Assembly: GCA_010356995.1 (NCBI GenBank)
Contig: ML996687.1
Coordinates: 1,861,803 to 1,925,802, forward strand
Direction of reading: 5' to 3'
Length of the DNA: 64,000 bases
Origin: Trichodelitschia bisporula
Taxonomy: Eukaryota
A program made the position numbers and the translations under genes. Under the pieces are notes generated by a model. It made no database searches and had not been told where the DNA came from. It was given only the letters and a program-made list of their open reading frames with translations. The first letter of the stretch is position 1; each line of letters opens with the position of its first letter. Below are positions 11,461-23,237 of the stretch, piece after piece.

Positions 11461-12671
11461 ATGACGCCCTGGTCAGCAGATGACGACCGCTTGGTACGTG
11501 CATTCCCGTGTGTGAGACAAGGTGAGGCTCAGGGGTGGGTAGTTCCTGGTGCTGCTGCTCAAGACGCATAACATCGTCCCGGATGCGAAGGCTATTGCCG
11601 ATGCGTGGCGTGAGTTGACTTCTTCCCTGCTTCACTCTTCCACGTCTATATCTCTGGCGCCAAGGTTGGGGATAAGGCTGACTGGTCCTCCTAGCCCCTT
11701 CCAGAGGTACCCGCACCGCTGAGGCGATCAAGCATCGCATTCGTAACCTCAGGGCTCAGACTAAGGCCGACGATGGGGGGGGAGGGGCCTGGCACGCCGA
11801 AGGGCACGCCGAAGGGCAAGAAACGGGCCGGAGAAGAAGGATCCAGCGCGCACAAGAGCAAGAAGCGGGCCGGGGATGAAGGACCCGGTACCCCGAAGCG
11901 CACCCCGAAGCACAAGAAGGGGCCATCAGGTGCTCTAGTCTACAAAAGGGAGCTAGAAGCTAAAGTCCAGCGGATGTTGAATGGGTGGGTTTGGGGTGAG
12001 AGACCGGAGGGGCATGGCGACCATCAGATGTTGTGCAAGATCGAGAGTAATGGCGATGTTGTGTCGAGCTGGATTCAAGACGGACCGTATGGGTATTTCG
12101 AGGGCGACTATTACACCGAACATGAGGAGGAGCTGCTTAAAGAGAAGGAGAAGGAGAAGGTCGGGGCGCGGTTGAAGTCAGAGGCGGAGGAGGATGCGGC
12201 CGCGCACCGGGTTACGCTGTCTGGGGTCCAGAGTTTGATAAAGAGGGCGGGGCGGACGAGCGGGACATTGCTGCGCCGGGGAGGCAGTTGCACCAGCGGA
12301 AGTATGTGAGTCTTGCGGAGCCGCAGTTGGAGACGGATGATGACATAGAGGACCTCATTCGAGGTGATGGGTTGGCGGCTCAGGAGCCAGTGGGGCTAGA
12401 TAAGGGGAAGGCGCCGGTGTATGACGAAGAGGAAGATGAGAGAAAGGAAGATGAGAGAAAGGAAGATGAGAGAAAGGAAGATGAGAGAAAGGAAGATGAG
12501 AGAAAAGAGAAGGTGAAGCTGGATAAGGGGAAGGCGCCGGTGTATGGCGGTGAGGAGGATGAGAGTGATGTGAGTGATGAGATGAAGCGGGTTGAGTTGG
12601 AGAGTCCGCTACAGCGCGTTAGTCGCCGGTTCTTTTGGTCGACTGCTCCAGGGTCGATTAGGGGTCTGTGA
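11461..12671 (+). CDS. Second small Myb/SANT-like nuclear protein; introns 11494-11542 and 11610-11694; apparent frameshifts at 11775-11782 and ~12278 (possible pseudogene or assembly error)
   Basis: The spliced reading is MTPWSADDDRL|FLVLLLKTHNIVPDAKAIADAW|PPSRGTRTAEAIKHRIRNLRAQ. It then needs a shift in a G8 run to reach 'GEGPGTPKGTPKGKKRA', and another shift to reach the acidic tail ORF 12288-12671. Confidence 0.55.
12431..12507 (+). repeat. 15-bp tandem repeat GGAAGATGAGAGAAA x5 (EDERK), bracketed by a direct repeat GATAAGGGGAAGGCGCCGGTGTATG
   Basis: Directly visible; the bracketing repeat starts at 12399 and 12522. Confidence 0.9.
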
Positions 12672-12883
12672 AGGAGCCGGTGTTGATTCTCGGCCTTAGA
12701 ACTAGTCGTGCTCTTTTCCTGTTTCCGCGGATCTGAATCGTCTTGGATTTTCGGAGTTCTTGCTCTGGTCGACTTCACGTCAGAATAACATGCGTTGCGA
12801 TGCGATCCTATGAGTTCTGTTAATTTACATCTCAGTTACATCCCAACTCCATGCCATGCTCTAAACCCCCCAAATCCAAAACC

Positions 12884-14545
12884 CTATGCCTTGCCCTTCC
12901 CCTTAGGCTCGCGCCGCCTTTCCCAAACCTGCAAATAACTCTCCTTTGTACTCAGTGTCTCGGCCACCGCCTTCTCGACAAACAAATCCTGCACCTCAAC
13001 CCACTCATCCCGACTCTTATCCCTCAACTGCACCCGCCACACCTTGCGCTCCGCCTCGCCCTCCACACTATCATCCCTTATCCGCACCGCCTCGTGGATA
13101 ATGTTCGCCACGAGATCATAGTAAATCGGCTCGCCGGGCGGATGCAGCGCCGGGTTGGGCACGACGTACGGGCCCATGTCCAGCCCTCGTGGAGAGAAGG
13201 TCACGATGGTGGGGTTACGTTCGGAGACGAATTTGTTTTGGCTGAAGCGCTTGACGTGGAAGAGGAGGAAAGGGGGGAGGGGGTGCAGGAGGCGGTAGCG
13301 TCGGCGGTAGTTTAGCCGTTCTTGTGCGTGTAGCCCGTCGTACTTGTTCAAGATGCCATTGAGTCCTGCCAGCGGCACTTGTGGGATGATGTTGCGCTCC
13401 AAGGCGTCTTGGAAGAGTGGCGCGGGGGGCAGATCCAGTGTGAGGATGAGGAAGCGGCTGCGCTCCGTGTTCACGGCTGCGTCTTCGAAACGCAGGCGGT
13501 CGCCGGCGTCGGCTCGGGCAGTGATCAACTGCGACTCGACCTGCAAGCTGCCCTGGAAGACTTTCTGGATGATGCTGGAGCCGGGTTTGGACTTGGAGCC
13601 GCCGAGGGCAAGGTGTAGGTGATTGAGGAAAAAGGAGAGGAAGTCGACGGGGTCGGACTGGTCGGTGAGGGTATAGCGCTTGTTAGACTTGAGGGCAATT
13701 TCTTGCAAGAGCTCATGCGGCGACACATGCGACTTGAAGGCGCGCGGATTCCACATCTTGCGCACGAGGATGCCGAAGCGCTGCGCGATCTGCGGTCGCA
13801 CCGTCAGGTCCTCGAGCATGAAGTAATTCCGCAGCGGCACGACGTGCGCAAGCGCGTGCATCACCACATTGAAGTAGTCGTTCGCCTTGATGTTGTTCAT
13901 GCCCACGAAGCCAGGCGTGTACTTGCGGCCTTGCAGGTCCCATGCCGTACGCTGCTCGCGGTCGAGCCGCAGGACTTCGTTCTTGGGTAGCCGTGGGTCG
14001 ACCACGAACTTGATATCGTCGAGCGACTTGCTCTTCACTTCGTACCCTTCCGGCAGCACATACACCTGCTTGCTCGACATGTTGATGTAGACGTGATGCC
14101 CCTCGTCGAGCGCGTGAAAATAGGCCTGCGACTTGGGCCCGCGGCCTTGATAGTACTTGCCGCACACGAGGCAGGCGTAGACGTTGATGTTGGACAGGGT
14201 GACGGAGCAGAGCTTCTCGAAGTCGAAATCGAGCACGCTGCGGTCGATAGTGTCCAGGTAGAGGTCCGCATAGCCCTCCGTGGGCGCAGTTTGCCGCACA
14301 GTAGCTGGTGCTTCTTCGTCGTCATCGACGTCTTCTGTCGCGCCGGCCTCTTCTAGCTCCTCATGCTCTGCTGCATCTGCGCCTGCAATGTCTATTTTCT
14401 CTTGGTCCTGTTTTCGCGGGGACATCAAGTGGTGGATGCCGTTGGTGACTGTCTTCACTTCCGGTTCATCATCGACGCGGGCTCGTTTTGAGGCTGGTGC
14501 TGGTGAGCCGACCTCGAGGGGTTCGGTGGCGGGGCGCTTCGACAT
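12884..14545 (-). CDS. SAD1: U4/U6.U5 tri-snRNP-associated protein 2 (Sad1/USP39, inactive ubiquitin protease)
   Basis: zf-UBP 'LDFDFEKLCSVTLSNINVYACLVCGKYYQGRG'. In 'PGFVGMNNIKANDY' Asp replaces the catalytic Cys. Likely start is MSKRPATEP at 14545. Confidence 0.95.
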   Translation of the reverse strand: MSKRPATEPLEVGSPAPASKRARVDDEPEVKTVTNGIHHLMSPRKQDQEKIDIAGADAAEHEELEEAGATEDVDDDEEAPATVRQTAPTEGYADLYLDTIDRSVLDFDFEKLCSVTLSNINVYACLVCGKYYQGRGPKSQAYFHALDEGHHVYINMSSKQVYVLPEGYEVKSKSLDDIKFVVDPRLPKNEVLRLDREQRTAWDLQGRKYTPGFVGMNNIKANDYFNVVMHALAHVVPLRNYFMLEDLTVRPQIAQRFGILVRKMWNPRAFKSHVSPHELLQEIALKSNKRYTLTDQSDPVDFLSFFLNHLHLALGGSKSKPGSSIIQKVFQGSLQVESQLITARADAGDRLRFEDAAVNTERSRFLILTLDLPPAPLFQDALERNIIPQVPLAGLNGILNKYDGLHAQERLNYRRRYRLLHPLPPFLLFHVKRFSQNKFVSERNPTIVTFSPRGLDMGPYVVPNPALHPPGEPIYYDLVANIIHEAVRIRDDSVEGEAERKVWRVQLRDKSRDEWVEVQDLFVEKAVAETLSTKESYLQVWERRREPKGKGKA

Positions 14546-14789
14546 GGTTGCGAGGATGAGATTGTAGATGTGAGGATGGGTTCGATATGTAGTGCTGGTG
14601 AGGTTAATGGGAGTTGGGGCGGCGCCGTGTAAATGTCTTGAAGTGGTGATGTTGCTCAGGTTGCTCTGGATGCACCCCGGTCGAAAAGTCGCGTCCACCA
14701 AGGAAGACCCGTGCGCTTGACCCATCGACATCTTCAACCTCACACCCCACCAACCCCACGAAACTTGCCCCTCATTCCAACACGCAAAA

Positions 14790-16528
14790 ATGGTGCGCAG
14801 CGTCCGATATTTTGCTAGATAACACAGCTAACAGCTACAGGCCTACAACAACCCCACGCAGATTTTTGCCGAAGACGTCACAGAGGAAAAGGGCGAAAAT
14901 GCGCGGTTGTCCGCCTTCGTCGGCGCTATCGCCGTCGGTGACCTGGTGAAGAGTACGCTGGGACCCAAGGGCATGGACAAGATATTACAGTCTGCGTATG
15001 CATCGGCTAATACTTGGTCATTTTTGCTAAGCTAACCTGACTCTAAGCTCCACCGGCGAGATCATGGTCACCAACGACGGTGCCACTATCCTGAAGTCCA
15101 TCGCGCTCGACAACGCTGCGGCGAAGGTGCTTGTCAACATCTCCAAGGTTCAGGATGATGAGGTGGGCGACGGCACGACGAGCGTAACTGTGCTGGCAGC
15201 CGAGCTGCTCCGTGAGGCCGAGCACTTGGTGAACCAGAAGATCCACCCGCAGACTATCATCGAGGGCTACAGAATAGCCTCTGCGGCGGCGCTGGAGGCG
15301 CTAGACAACATCGCCGTCGACAACAGCGGTAACACCGAGGCCTTCCGCAAGGATCTGGTCTCCATCGCCCGCACGACTCTTAGCTCCAAGGTGCTCTCAC
15401 AGGACAAGATTCACTTCGCCGAGATGGCCACGGACGCCGTGCTGCGCATGAAGGGCTCAACGGACCTGACGCACATTCAGATCATCAAGAAGGCGGGTGG
15501 CAAGCTCAAGGACTCGTACCTGGACGAGGGCTTCATTCTGGACAAGTCTTTCGGCGTTAACCAGCCGAAGCGGGTGGAGAATGCCAAGATTCTCATCGCC
15601 AACACGGCCATGGACACGGACAAGATCAAAATCTTCGGCGCACGTGTGCGTGTCGACAGCACGGGCAAGCTTGCGGACCTCGAAAAGGCGGAGCGTGAGA
15701 AGATGCGGCAGAAGGTGGAGCGTATCAAGGCGCACGGTATCAACTGCTTCGTCAACCGCCAGCTCATCTACAACTGGCCGGAGCAGCTCTTCGCCGACGT
15801 CGGCATCTGCTCCATCGAGCACGCTGACTTCGACGGCGTGGAGCGGCTGGCCCTGGTGACCGGCGGCGAGATCACGTCGACCTTTGATCACCCAGAGTCC
15901 GTCAAGGTCGGACACTGCGATCTGATTGAGGAGGTGATCATCGGTGAAGACACGCTGATCCGCTTCTCGGGTGTCGCGGCAGGTCGCGCTTGCACGATTG
16001 TGCTGCGCGGCGCAACCGAGCAGCTGCTGGACGAGGCGGAGCGGTCGCTGCACGATGCACTGGCGGTGCTCTCGCAGACGGTCAAGGAGCCGCGCACGAC
16101 GCTCGGCGGTGGCTGCGCCGAAATGAACATGGCGAAGGCCGTCGACCAGGCGGGCCAGAACGTGGCGGGCAAGAAGGCGTTGGCGGTGGAGGCGTTCAGC
16201 AAGGCCCTTCGGCAGCTGCCTACTATTCTGGCGGACAACGCTGGGTTCGACAGCAGTGAACTGGTCAGCCGCCTGCGCAAGGCGATTTACTCGGGCATGA
16301 CGAACAGTGGTTTGGATTTGCTTACCCCTGGTGGTGGAGTGGTGGATATGCGCGAGCTGGGTATTGTGGAGAGTTATAAGCTTAAGCGCGCGGTGGTGAG
16401 CTCGGCGAGCGAGGCGGCGGAGGTGAGTTTCTGCGATCTTGATAGTGGATAGGGGCTAATGTGCACAGTTGCTGCTGCGGGTGGATAATATCATTCGGAG
16501 CGCGCCGCGGAGGCGCGATCGGATGTGA
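14790..16528 (+). CDS. CCT2: T-complex protein 1 subunit beta; introns 14793-14840, 14996-15047, 16423-16468
   Basis: Motifs '[33 protein letters not shown]', 'VTNDGATIL', 'GDGTTSV', and C-terminal '[19 protein letters not shown]'. Confidence 0.97.
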
Positions 16529-16995
16529 AGGGGGTGGTTTGCGTGGAGGTTGGCTACAGTGATGTATTCGACGAAATGAACGAAAAGATGGTAGCTCATG
16601 TTGGGTTGATGCTTATAGACTGGCGGGTGTGGTGGCGTCGTTCCAATTGAGCGGTTGGTGTTCTGAATGGCATCTTGATGCTTCTAGTACCGCGCAGCGA
16701 ATGGTCTCATGGCTTACCATTGTTGAAAGCCGATCTGAACCACTAGCATCTTCCTCTCGCCGTCTAGGCTTTTCCACCCGCCATGACGATACCTACAATG
16801 ACTATGTCAACAGCAAAACCTTCCACCTCGGCAGTTCATCCTCAACTATCGCGTGGTTTGAAAACGCACTCCAGCAACTAACCCCTTCATTACACCCGTT
16901 TACCAATTTCCTCCAGCAAACAAATCCGCCCCTTTCACCCATCACAAGCATCACAAATTCCACCAAGAGTTACTACCAGCCTCTTCTGTTCAAAC

Positions 16996-17691
16996 ATGGC
17001 GTTTGAGCAACCGCGTCAGCGCCTCAAACTTCGCACAATCTACGTTATCTTTCTCCTACTTCTACCGGCGATCCGCATGGGGATCTTGAAGTGGCTGGTC
17101 GACCATGACATATATCTCATTGATATAGTCATGCTGCTCCTCTGGTACAGTTATCAGGCCCATGATGCGGCCGTGAGGGGGGGTTAGGGAGTTGTGGTGC
17201 ATATGTATGAGTATGTTGTTTGCTGACCGGGCTAGTTAAACTCCCGTATCCTGAGTAAATGCCCTTTCCGTACCCCGTGTGGATCGCTGGATACGATGCC
17301 ATCTGTTGGATTTACCGTGGTATCTTGGGGAGATTGTCCCCTGCTCTGCTGGTTCGTCTGGCAGGTTTGGAACCCAGGATGCGACATCGTTCGGGAGATG
17401 GTGTGGTTTATGTGTGCTAAGGCTAATCTTGACCAGATTTCCATTCTTACCCCTAAGCCAGCAAGTCGGACGCGGAAAAGCGCTCCAGCCACCTCAGATG
17501 CAGCCGGGGATGATAGACCCGTAGGGAATGGGTGGAGGGATGTCTCCAGGGATGATGTCTCGTCCGATGCTGCCAAAAGGCATGGCTCTCATGGATCAGC
17601 GTCAAATTCTGCCCAACATGTTCAAACAGCGCTAGCGCAATGTCGTTGGACGACTCACGTGTTGAGAGAGGGTTATATGATGTGTTCCTGA
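16996..17691 (+). CDS. Orphan small membrane protein; exons 16996-17172, 17236-17691
   Basis: Hydrophobic exon 1 and a phase-0 GTGAGG..GCTGAC..TAG intron that joins into the frame of ORF 17296-17691. No recognisable family. Confidence 0.4.
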
Positions 17692-18600
17692 GAGTGCTTG
17701 TCATGAGGCTTAGTGCGTACTAACTGTCATAGGCAATTTGGTTCCGGTAGCAGATATCGTAAAACCTCGAATCAACATCAGCCTATCCGCGACGTTAACC
17801 TCACGATTGACTGTCTTGTGAATTCCCAAAACCACCCATATCAGATCAAGTATGACCAAGTCGCTATACTCGCCCATCCATCCCCCATCATCACCCTTCC
17901 CCTTCCCCATTCCCTTCCCCTTCTCCACACTCCCGCCTCCCACAAATCCCACCTCCAAACCCCACGCCGAAATCCGTATTTGCATCATAACTAACCCAGA
18001 CCCCATCCTCAGCATCCCAGCCGGCGCGGCAACGGGAACGGCAGCAACGTCCTCAACCCCTAACTGGTACCATAAGCACTTTACATCACCAGCGGACACT
18101 GCGTCTATGTCTTCATCTGGTGGTATCCCTCGCTGACTTGTTTTGCCTTTCTGATCTGCGTTCTAGTCCGCGGTATTGTGGTTCGGTGAGTGACATACTG
18201 AGGGGCCGGAGATCCGAGTTTGTCGCGGTACGCGGCCTAGTTACAGATGACGGCTTCACCACGTGCGGCCGCGTCAACCTTTACGTTACCTGTCAGGTGT
18301 TGCTTGCACATAGACAGTTGAAAATGCCTTTCTCTGGGACTTTACTCTTTAGGTCATCTTTGCTCGTCCGCACGCTTCGTCCACAGGCCCAACGTCCGCA
18401 GACTTCAACACAGACTTCAAGCGAAAGGTTGGCTTTCCTTGCAAACACTTGTGCTCTTCCTCTGTGATTTACTCTTCGGCTGGTATTGCTTGTCCTCGGA
18501 CGTAAACAGACATTGACGGCCATGCTTGTTGACTCTTCTTGCTGACACTTTCGTCTGTTGTCGGGGCCTTGCCCTTTGGCTAACGCTTCTTGTGCCCAGA

Positions 18601-18673
18601 TATCGTGTTCAACATCGTGCTTGACATCGTGCTTGACATCGTGCTTCACATCGTGCTCAGAGATCGTGCTCAG
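18601..18673. repeat. 12-bp tandem repeat ACATCGTGCTTG, about 6 imperfect units
   Basis: Directly visible; reads HDVK-HDVK on the minus strand. Confidence 0.85.
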
Positions 18674-18794
18674 CCTTAACCACATCCACCTCCACGTTAG
18701 GTTAGTTGACCCTCTTCCCAAACACCATTAACCCTCCTCAGCCGCTTACTCTTGAGCCAGCCCACCCCTCATACCCGCACTCCCACGAAGCATC

Positions 18795-19204
18795 ATGGAC
18801 ACTGGAGACATGATAACGCTCCTGCTCACCGCGACCCTCGTCATCGTAGAATATACCATTCTTCGGGGTATCCCTCGCGGGCTGGTGTGGTAGTCGACCT
18901 TATAGGAGTGCTGGTGAGTGGCCTGTGTGTCTGCGGGCTAGGCTAATAGGCACAGTGCTCGAGTAAGGTGTTGACATGATGCCGGGCGAGACGTCTGCGA
19001 CATGGACGGGACCTGGCTGATCAGGCGGACGGTCTGAGATTTTGAATATTACATTCCTTGAAGGCGTTTGGGTAAGGGTATTGGGTTCGGGTTGGGTGCT
19101 ATGTGCTTCGCTGCCAGGACATGTTCCATTACCAGCTTGAAGCATACTTTCTTTTCCATGTTCCGTGATGTGATATACCGATGTGCCCCTAACATGCCAT
19201 GAAG
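18795..19204 (+). pseudogene. Disabled small-membrane-protein gene relic, paralogous to 23814-24285 (-)
   Basis: ATGGACACTGGAGA start, hydrophobic stretch, stop at 18891 and GTGAGT donor at 18914. Its 3' block matches the reverse complement of 23814-23888. Confidence 0.4.
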
Positions 19205-19260
19205 CAAAATGCGTATACGTCCCTCTATTGTTACCTTCGTCACGATAAACCTCGCATCCC

Positions 19261-20291
19261 CTACTCCAACCCAAACTCCCCCTTCCACCCCACCAGCATC
19301 TCCACCGAAACATTACTCCCCCCACAAACCACCACAACCACAACCTCTTCCACCCCCAGCTCCCTCCCCAATATCCCCCCCAACCGGCCCCTCTCACAAA
19401 CCGCAACATTCACCCCCGTCGCCATTTCCGCCAATATCCGTTCCCTCCTCGCAAGCTCAAGACACCCCCATGCCGCCTCCCGATCCTCAACAACCACACT
19501 CCTCACATTCCCGCGCACCCCATACTCAAACGTCCGCTCGGCCACCCTAACCGCACCAAGACTCTTCGCCATCGACGTAATCCCAGGCAACGTAACCATT
19601 TCCCCCTTTTCCAGACTCTGCGCCAGTGAATCCGCCCCCCGCGTCTCGAGCGCCAGGACGGGGACGTCGCTCCAGCCCACCCCATCCAAGCCCTCCATAA
19701 CCCCGTTAAACAATCCCCCTCCCCCAACACTGCACACCACAGCCGCAGGCCTCACCCCCCCCAACTGCCTCTGCACCTCTGGCACAATCGTCGCATTCCC
19801 GCTCCAAATCCGCGGCTCGTCAAACGGCGGGACGTACACCCCCCCGGGGCACCCCTTCAACACAACGCCCCGTAGATACGCATCCGCCTCCGCCCACGTC
19901 TCCCCATACTGTATCACATCCTCCGCGCCCGCCTCGCGTAGCTTAACTATCATATGCGGAGGCGTAGACTCAGGGACCACGACCGTAGCCGGTAAACCGA
20001 GCGTCCGGGCCGCGGTGACGCATGCTAGCCCTGCATTCCCGCCGGAGGAAGAGAGGAAGTGTGCTGCGGGGTTGAGGCGGGCTTCGCTGAGGACGAGGGC
20101 GCCGATGCCGCGGGATTTGAAACTCCCGGATGGTTGGAGGTTTTCGAGTTTGAGGAGGATGCGGCTGGGGGGGTTAGTTGGGTTGATGGAGGGATGGGGG
20201 GGACAAACCAGCCTGCCCGCTGGGAGAGGGCGCGCGATTCTATCAGGGGCGTTTCGTGCCAGAGGGCGGGGAGGGCGGAAGAGATGGTCAT
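19261..20291 (-). CDS. CHA1: PLP-dependent L-serine/L-threonine dehydratase (fold type II); intron 20165-20208
   Basis: Motifs 'WHETPLIESRALSQRAG|CRILLKLENLQPSGSFKSRG', 'SSGGNAG', 'VCSVGGGGLFNG', 'VCGGSNV'. Confidence 0.88.
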
Positions 20292-20770
20292 ATTGGCTCC
20301 GTCGTACGGGATGAATATCGCGATGCTCGCGGGGTCGGAAAACCGTCGGAATATAAACCATCCCAAACTCCCAGATCTAGAACCAGATAGCCATTCCGCC
20401 GCTAGCCGACCCCCCGGCGCACCACGCCCTACGGCAGACTGACCGCAGAATGGCGTGCGGTTCCCAACATTCTAGTTCTAGATAACGCATCCCCGCGCCC
20501 TACGAGTATGCCGGCTGGTTCGGCGTCACTTTCGGCGGGGCGAAGGGGGCGATCGCCCCGACATCGCCGGCCCCGCAAGGCTAGAACAAGATCGGGCGAC
20601 CCAGGCGGCTCGCTTATTCCCGGCTAACCTTACATCGGTGGCGTTCCAAGATCGCGGAGGGCGCGGGGACGACGTGTGGTACCACAGGGCGTGTACCGTG
20701 ACAATTCTCTTACCCAACACCTCACACGAGCACAATTAGGGATCCAATTGCCTCATCCAGCCATTGCAGT

Positions 20771-21996
20771 ATGCGCGCGTTACTTCTCATCCACGCCGCT
20801 CTAGCGAGCGCATCCGCGCTCCTCTCACCCCAAACACCACTCTCCCTCTCCAACTCTGCAACCCACGATCCAAACTCCGCGCTCCTCGCCCTTCACCGCC
20901 GTCTAATCGAGACTCCTTCCATATCCGGCAATGAAAGTACTCTGGCAGAGTGGCTCGCCGACTACTTGCGTAGCGAAAACCTCACCGTCGCCCTCCTCCC
21001 CGTCCCAACCCGGGGCCCCAACCTCCTAGCCCACGCCGGGCACAGCCGGGCCACACGCGTGCTCATCACGAGCCACATCGACACGGTACGCTACCCCCCC
21101 CCCCCCACATATCCACCCATTACGTAGTAATTAACATCCCTCAGGTCCCACCCTTCATCCCCTACTCCCTCCAGCACAACGGCACCGAGATATGGGGCCG
21201 CGGCTCCGTCGACGCAAAAGCCTGCGTCGCAGCACAAATAACCGCCTTCCTCCACCTCCTGCACAACAACACCATCTCCCCCTCCGACGCATCCCTCCTC
21301 TTCGTCACCGGCGAAGAAACAGGCGGCGAAGGCATGCTGTCCTTCTCCCCCACATCGCCGGGCTACGAGTCCGTCATCTTCGGCGAGCCGACGGAGGGCA
21401 AGTTAGCCGCGGGACATAAGGGGATGGTGTCCTTCCATCTGCGTGTGCGCGGCAAGGCGGCGCACTCCGGGTATCCGTGGTTGGGCGTGAGTGCGAATAG
21501 CGTGCTCGTGCGCGCGCTAGGCGTGTTGCTAGACCTTGAGCCCGCCCTGCCGAGCAGCGAGAAGTACGGCGCGAGCACGCTGAACGTGGGCCGCGTGGAC
21601 GGGGGCGTGGCCGCGAATGTCGTGGCGCAGGAGGCGCGCGCGGACGTCGCTATCCGGCTAGCGGGCGGCGAGCCAGACACCGTCAAGGCGCAGATCCGAG
21701 AAGCTCTAGAACCTATCAAGAAGGATGTCGAGGGCAAGGGCGGCTTGCTAGAAATCGAGTGGGCGAACCGGGCTTATCCGCCCGTAGATATGGATGCCGA
21801 TGTGGAGGGGTTTGAAAGTATTACCGTGAACTACGGGACCGATGTGCCGAATTTGGCGGGCGAGCATCGGAGGTATTTGTACGGGCCGGGGAGCATCCTG
21901 GTTGCGCATGGGGATGACGAGCATCTCGCTATTGAGGATCTGGTCCGCGCGGTGGGGGATTATGAGCGGCTTATTATGGCCGCCTTGGAGAAGTAG
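20771..21996 (+). CDS. Secreted M20/M25/M40 metallopeptidase (ArgE/DapE-like); intron 21086-21144
   Basis: Signal peptide, then 'SHIDT|VPP', 'GRGSVDAKA', 'GEETGG', 'FGEPT', 'GKAAHSGYPWLG', 'AHGDDEH'. Confidence 0.92.
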
Positions 21997-22337
21997 TTCT
22001 AGTCTAGGGCTGGAACGGGAGATGGGCATATCGGGGGGGGGGGGGGTAGAGCAGCGGGATGGACTGCGCGCCGGCAGTTAGTTGCGTCGTCGAGACCCGT
22101 AAAAATGGCGTTTCACATAGCTAACGCCCCTGATAGCAACCCGCAAACGCGGGTTACGTGGCGCGGACCGGGCCTCGTTCACGCTCGTTCCGTGCTCGGG
22201 ACACCCGGCCGGGCCAATCCCGCGATATTGCCCATCGGGCTCCCGAAATGGGTTCCAATATCACGACCTACCGGCCAGGCGGGCATATATCGTCAACCTC
22301 ACACCCCCCAGCGCCCACCCCTAAACGCGGCGCAACA

Positions 22338-23237
22338 ATGCATCCCCTCACTCCCCTCCTCTTCGCGCCCCTCGCGGCTGCAGCCTGCAGCCGCAGCGCC
22401 CTCACCAGCGCGCGGGACGCCTTCTTCGCGGCGGGCAGCGCAAACAGCACCGCGCCCCTCGCCACAAACGCCAAAATCACGCTGAACAACGCCGTGACGC
22501 CCCTCGCCTCAACGCCCTTCACCAGCCTGACGAACTTCACCCCGTTCCTCGCCCAAGCCGTCGACGAAGAAGGCTGCCAAATCGCCACCATGCGCGTCTC
22601 CCCCAGCCAAGTCCTGAGCACACGCCTCGGGCTCAACGTCGACGGAAAGATAGCCGAGGTCGAGTTCCTCCAGGCCGTCCAAGGGGACCAGTTTTTCCGC
22701 CCCTCAGGGTTCCCTTCCAAACAGCCCGAGATCTACGATGCGCCGCAGACGCCCGGCCCACCGCCTATCATCCCGCCCGGATGGACGCCCGCGAAGGGCA
22801 CGCCGAAGGCAGAGGTGAACACCGCGACATGCAAGCCCGGCTCCGGGCCCGCGCGCGCCCTCACGCGCACCGAACTCATCTACACGGCAAACACCTACGC
22901 TGACGGGCTCGGGGGCGCACCATGGGACAGCTGCCTGCTCGGCGGATCTCCGTGCCCGCGTCTCGAGAACGGGGTTCAAACGACCGGCGAGTGCGGGGTC
23001 GGGGCTGGGAGTTTTGGATTCGGGGTGTTCAATAGGCGGTTTGTGGCGGATACGCTGACTGGGGTTGTGTTGGGGCAGTTCTGGTTTGAGTACTCCGGGG
23101 CGCGGGTGAGCATGCCGACGCGGTTGTATTTGCATGAGTATTTTAAGGTTGATGCGGCGAGGCTGCGGTATGTGCTTGCGCCGATGAAGGGGATTCCGAA
23201 GGCGCAGGCGGCGGCGGAGGTTTGGAAGTCTGAGTGA
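22338..23237 (+). CDS. Secreted Cys-containing hypothetical protein (299 aa)
   Basis: Signal peptide MHPLTPLLFAPLAAAA followed by 'CSRSALTSARDAFF'. Also 'CPRLENGVQT' and 'RRFVADTLTGVV'. Uninterrupted ORF. Confidence 0.8.
   Translation: MHPLTPLLFAPLAAAACSRSALTSARDAFFAAGSANSTAPLATNAKITLNNAVTPLASTPFTSLTNFTPFLAQAVDEEGCQIATMRVSPSQVLSTRLGLNVDGKIAEVEFLQAVQGDQFFRPSGFPSKQPEIYDAPQTPGPPPIIPPGWTPAKGTPKAEVNTATCKPGSGPARALTRTELIYTANTYADGLGGAPWDSCLLGGSPCPRLENGVQTTGECGVGAGSFGFGVFNRRFVADTLTGVVLGQFWFEYSGARVSMPTRLYLHEYFKVDAARLRYVLAPMKGIPKAQAAAEVWKSE

Noticed and set aside
12431..12507. Tandem repeats here and at 11001, 18601 and 60555 as CRISPR arrays
   Set aside because: Units are contiguous with no unique spacers, there are no cas genes, and the genome is eukaryotic.
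19199..20314. 371-aa plus-strand ORF
   Set aside because: Antisense shadow of the serine dehydratase; typical of GC-rich coding DNA.
19261..23237. Secondary-metabolite gene cluster
   Set aside because: No PKS, NRPS, terpene synthase or DUF3328 backbone gene in the window.
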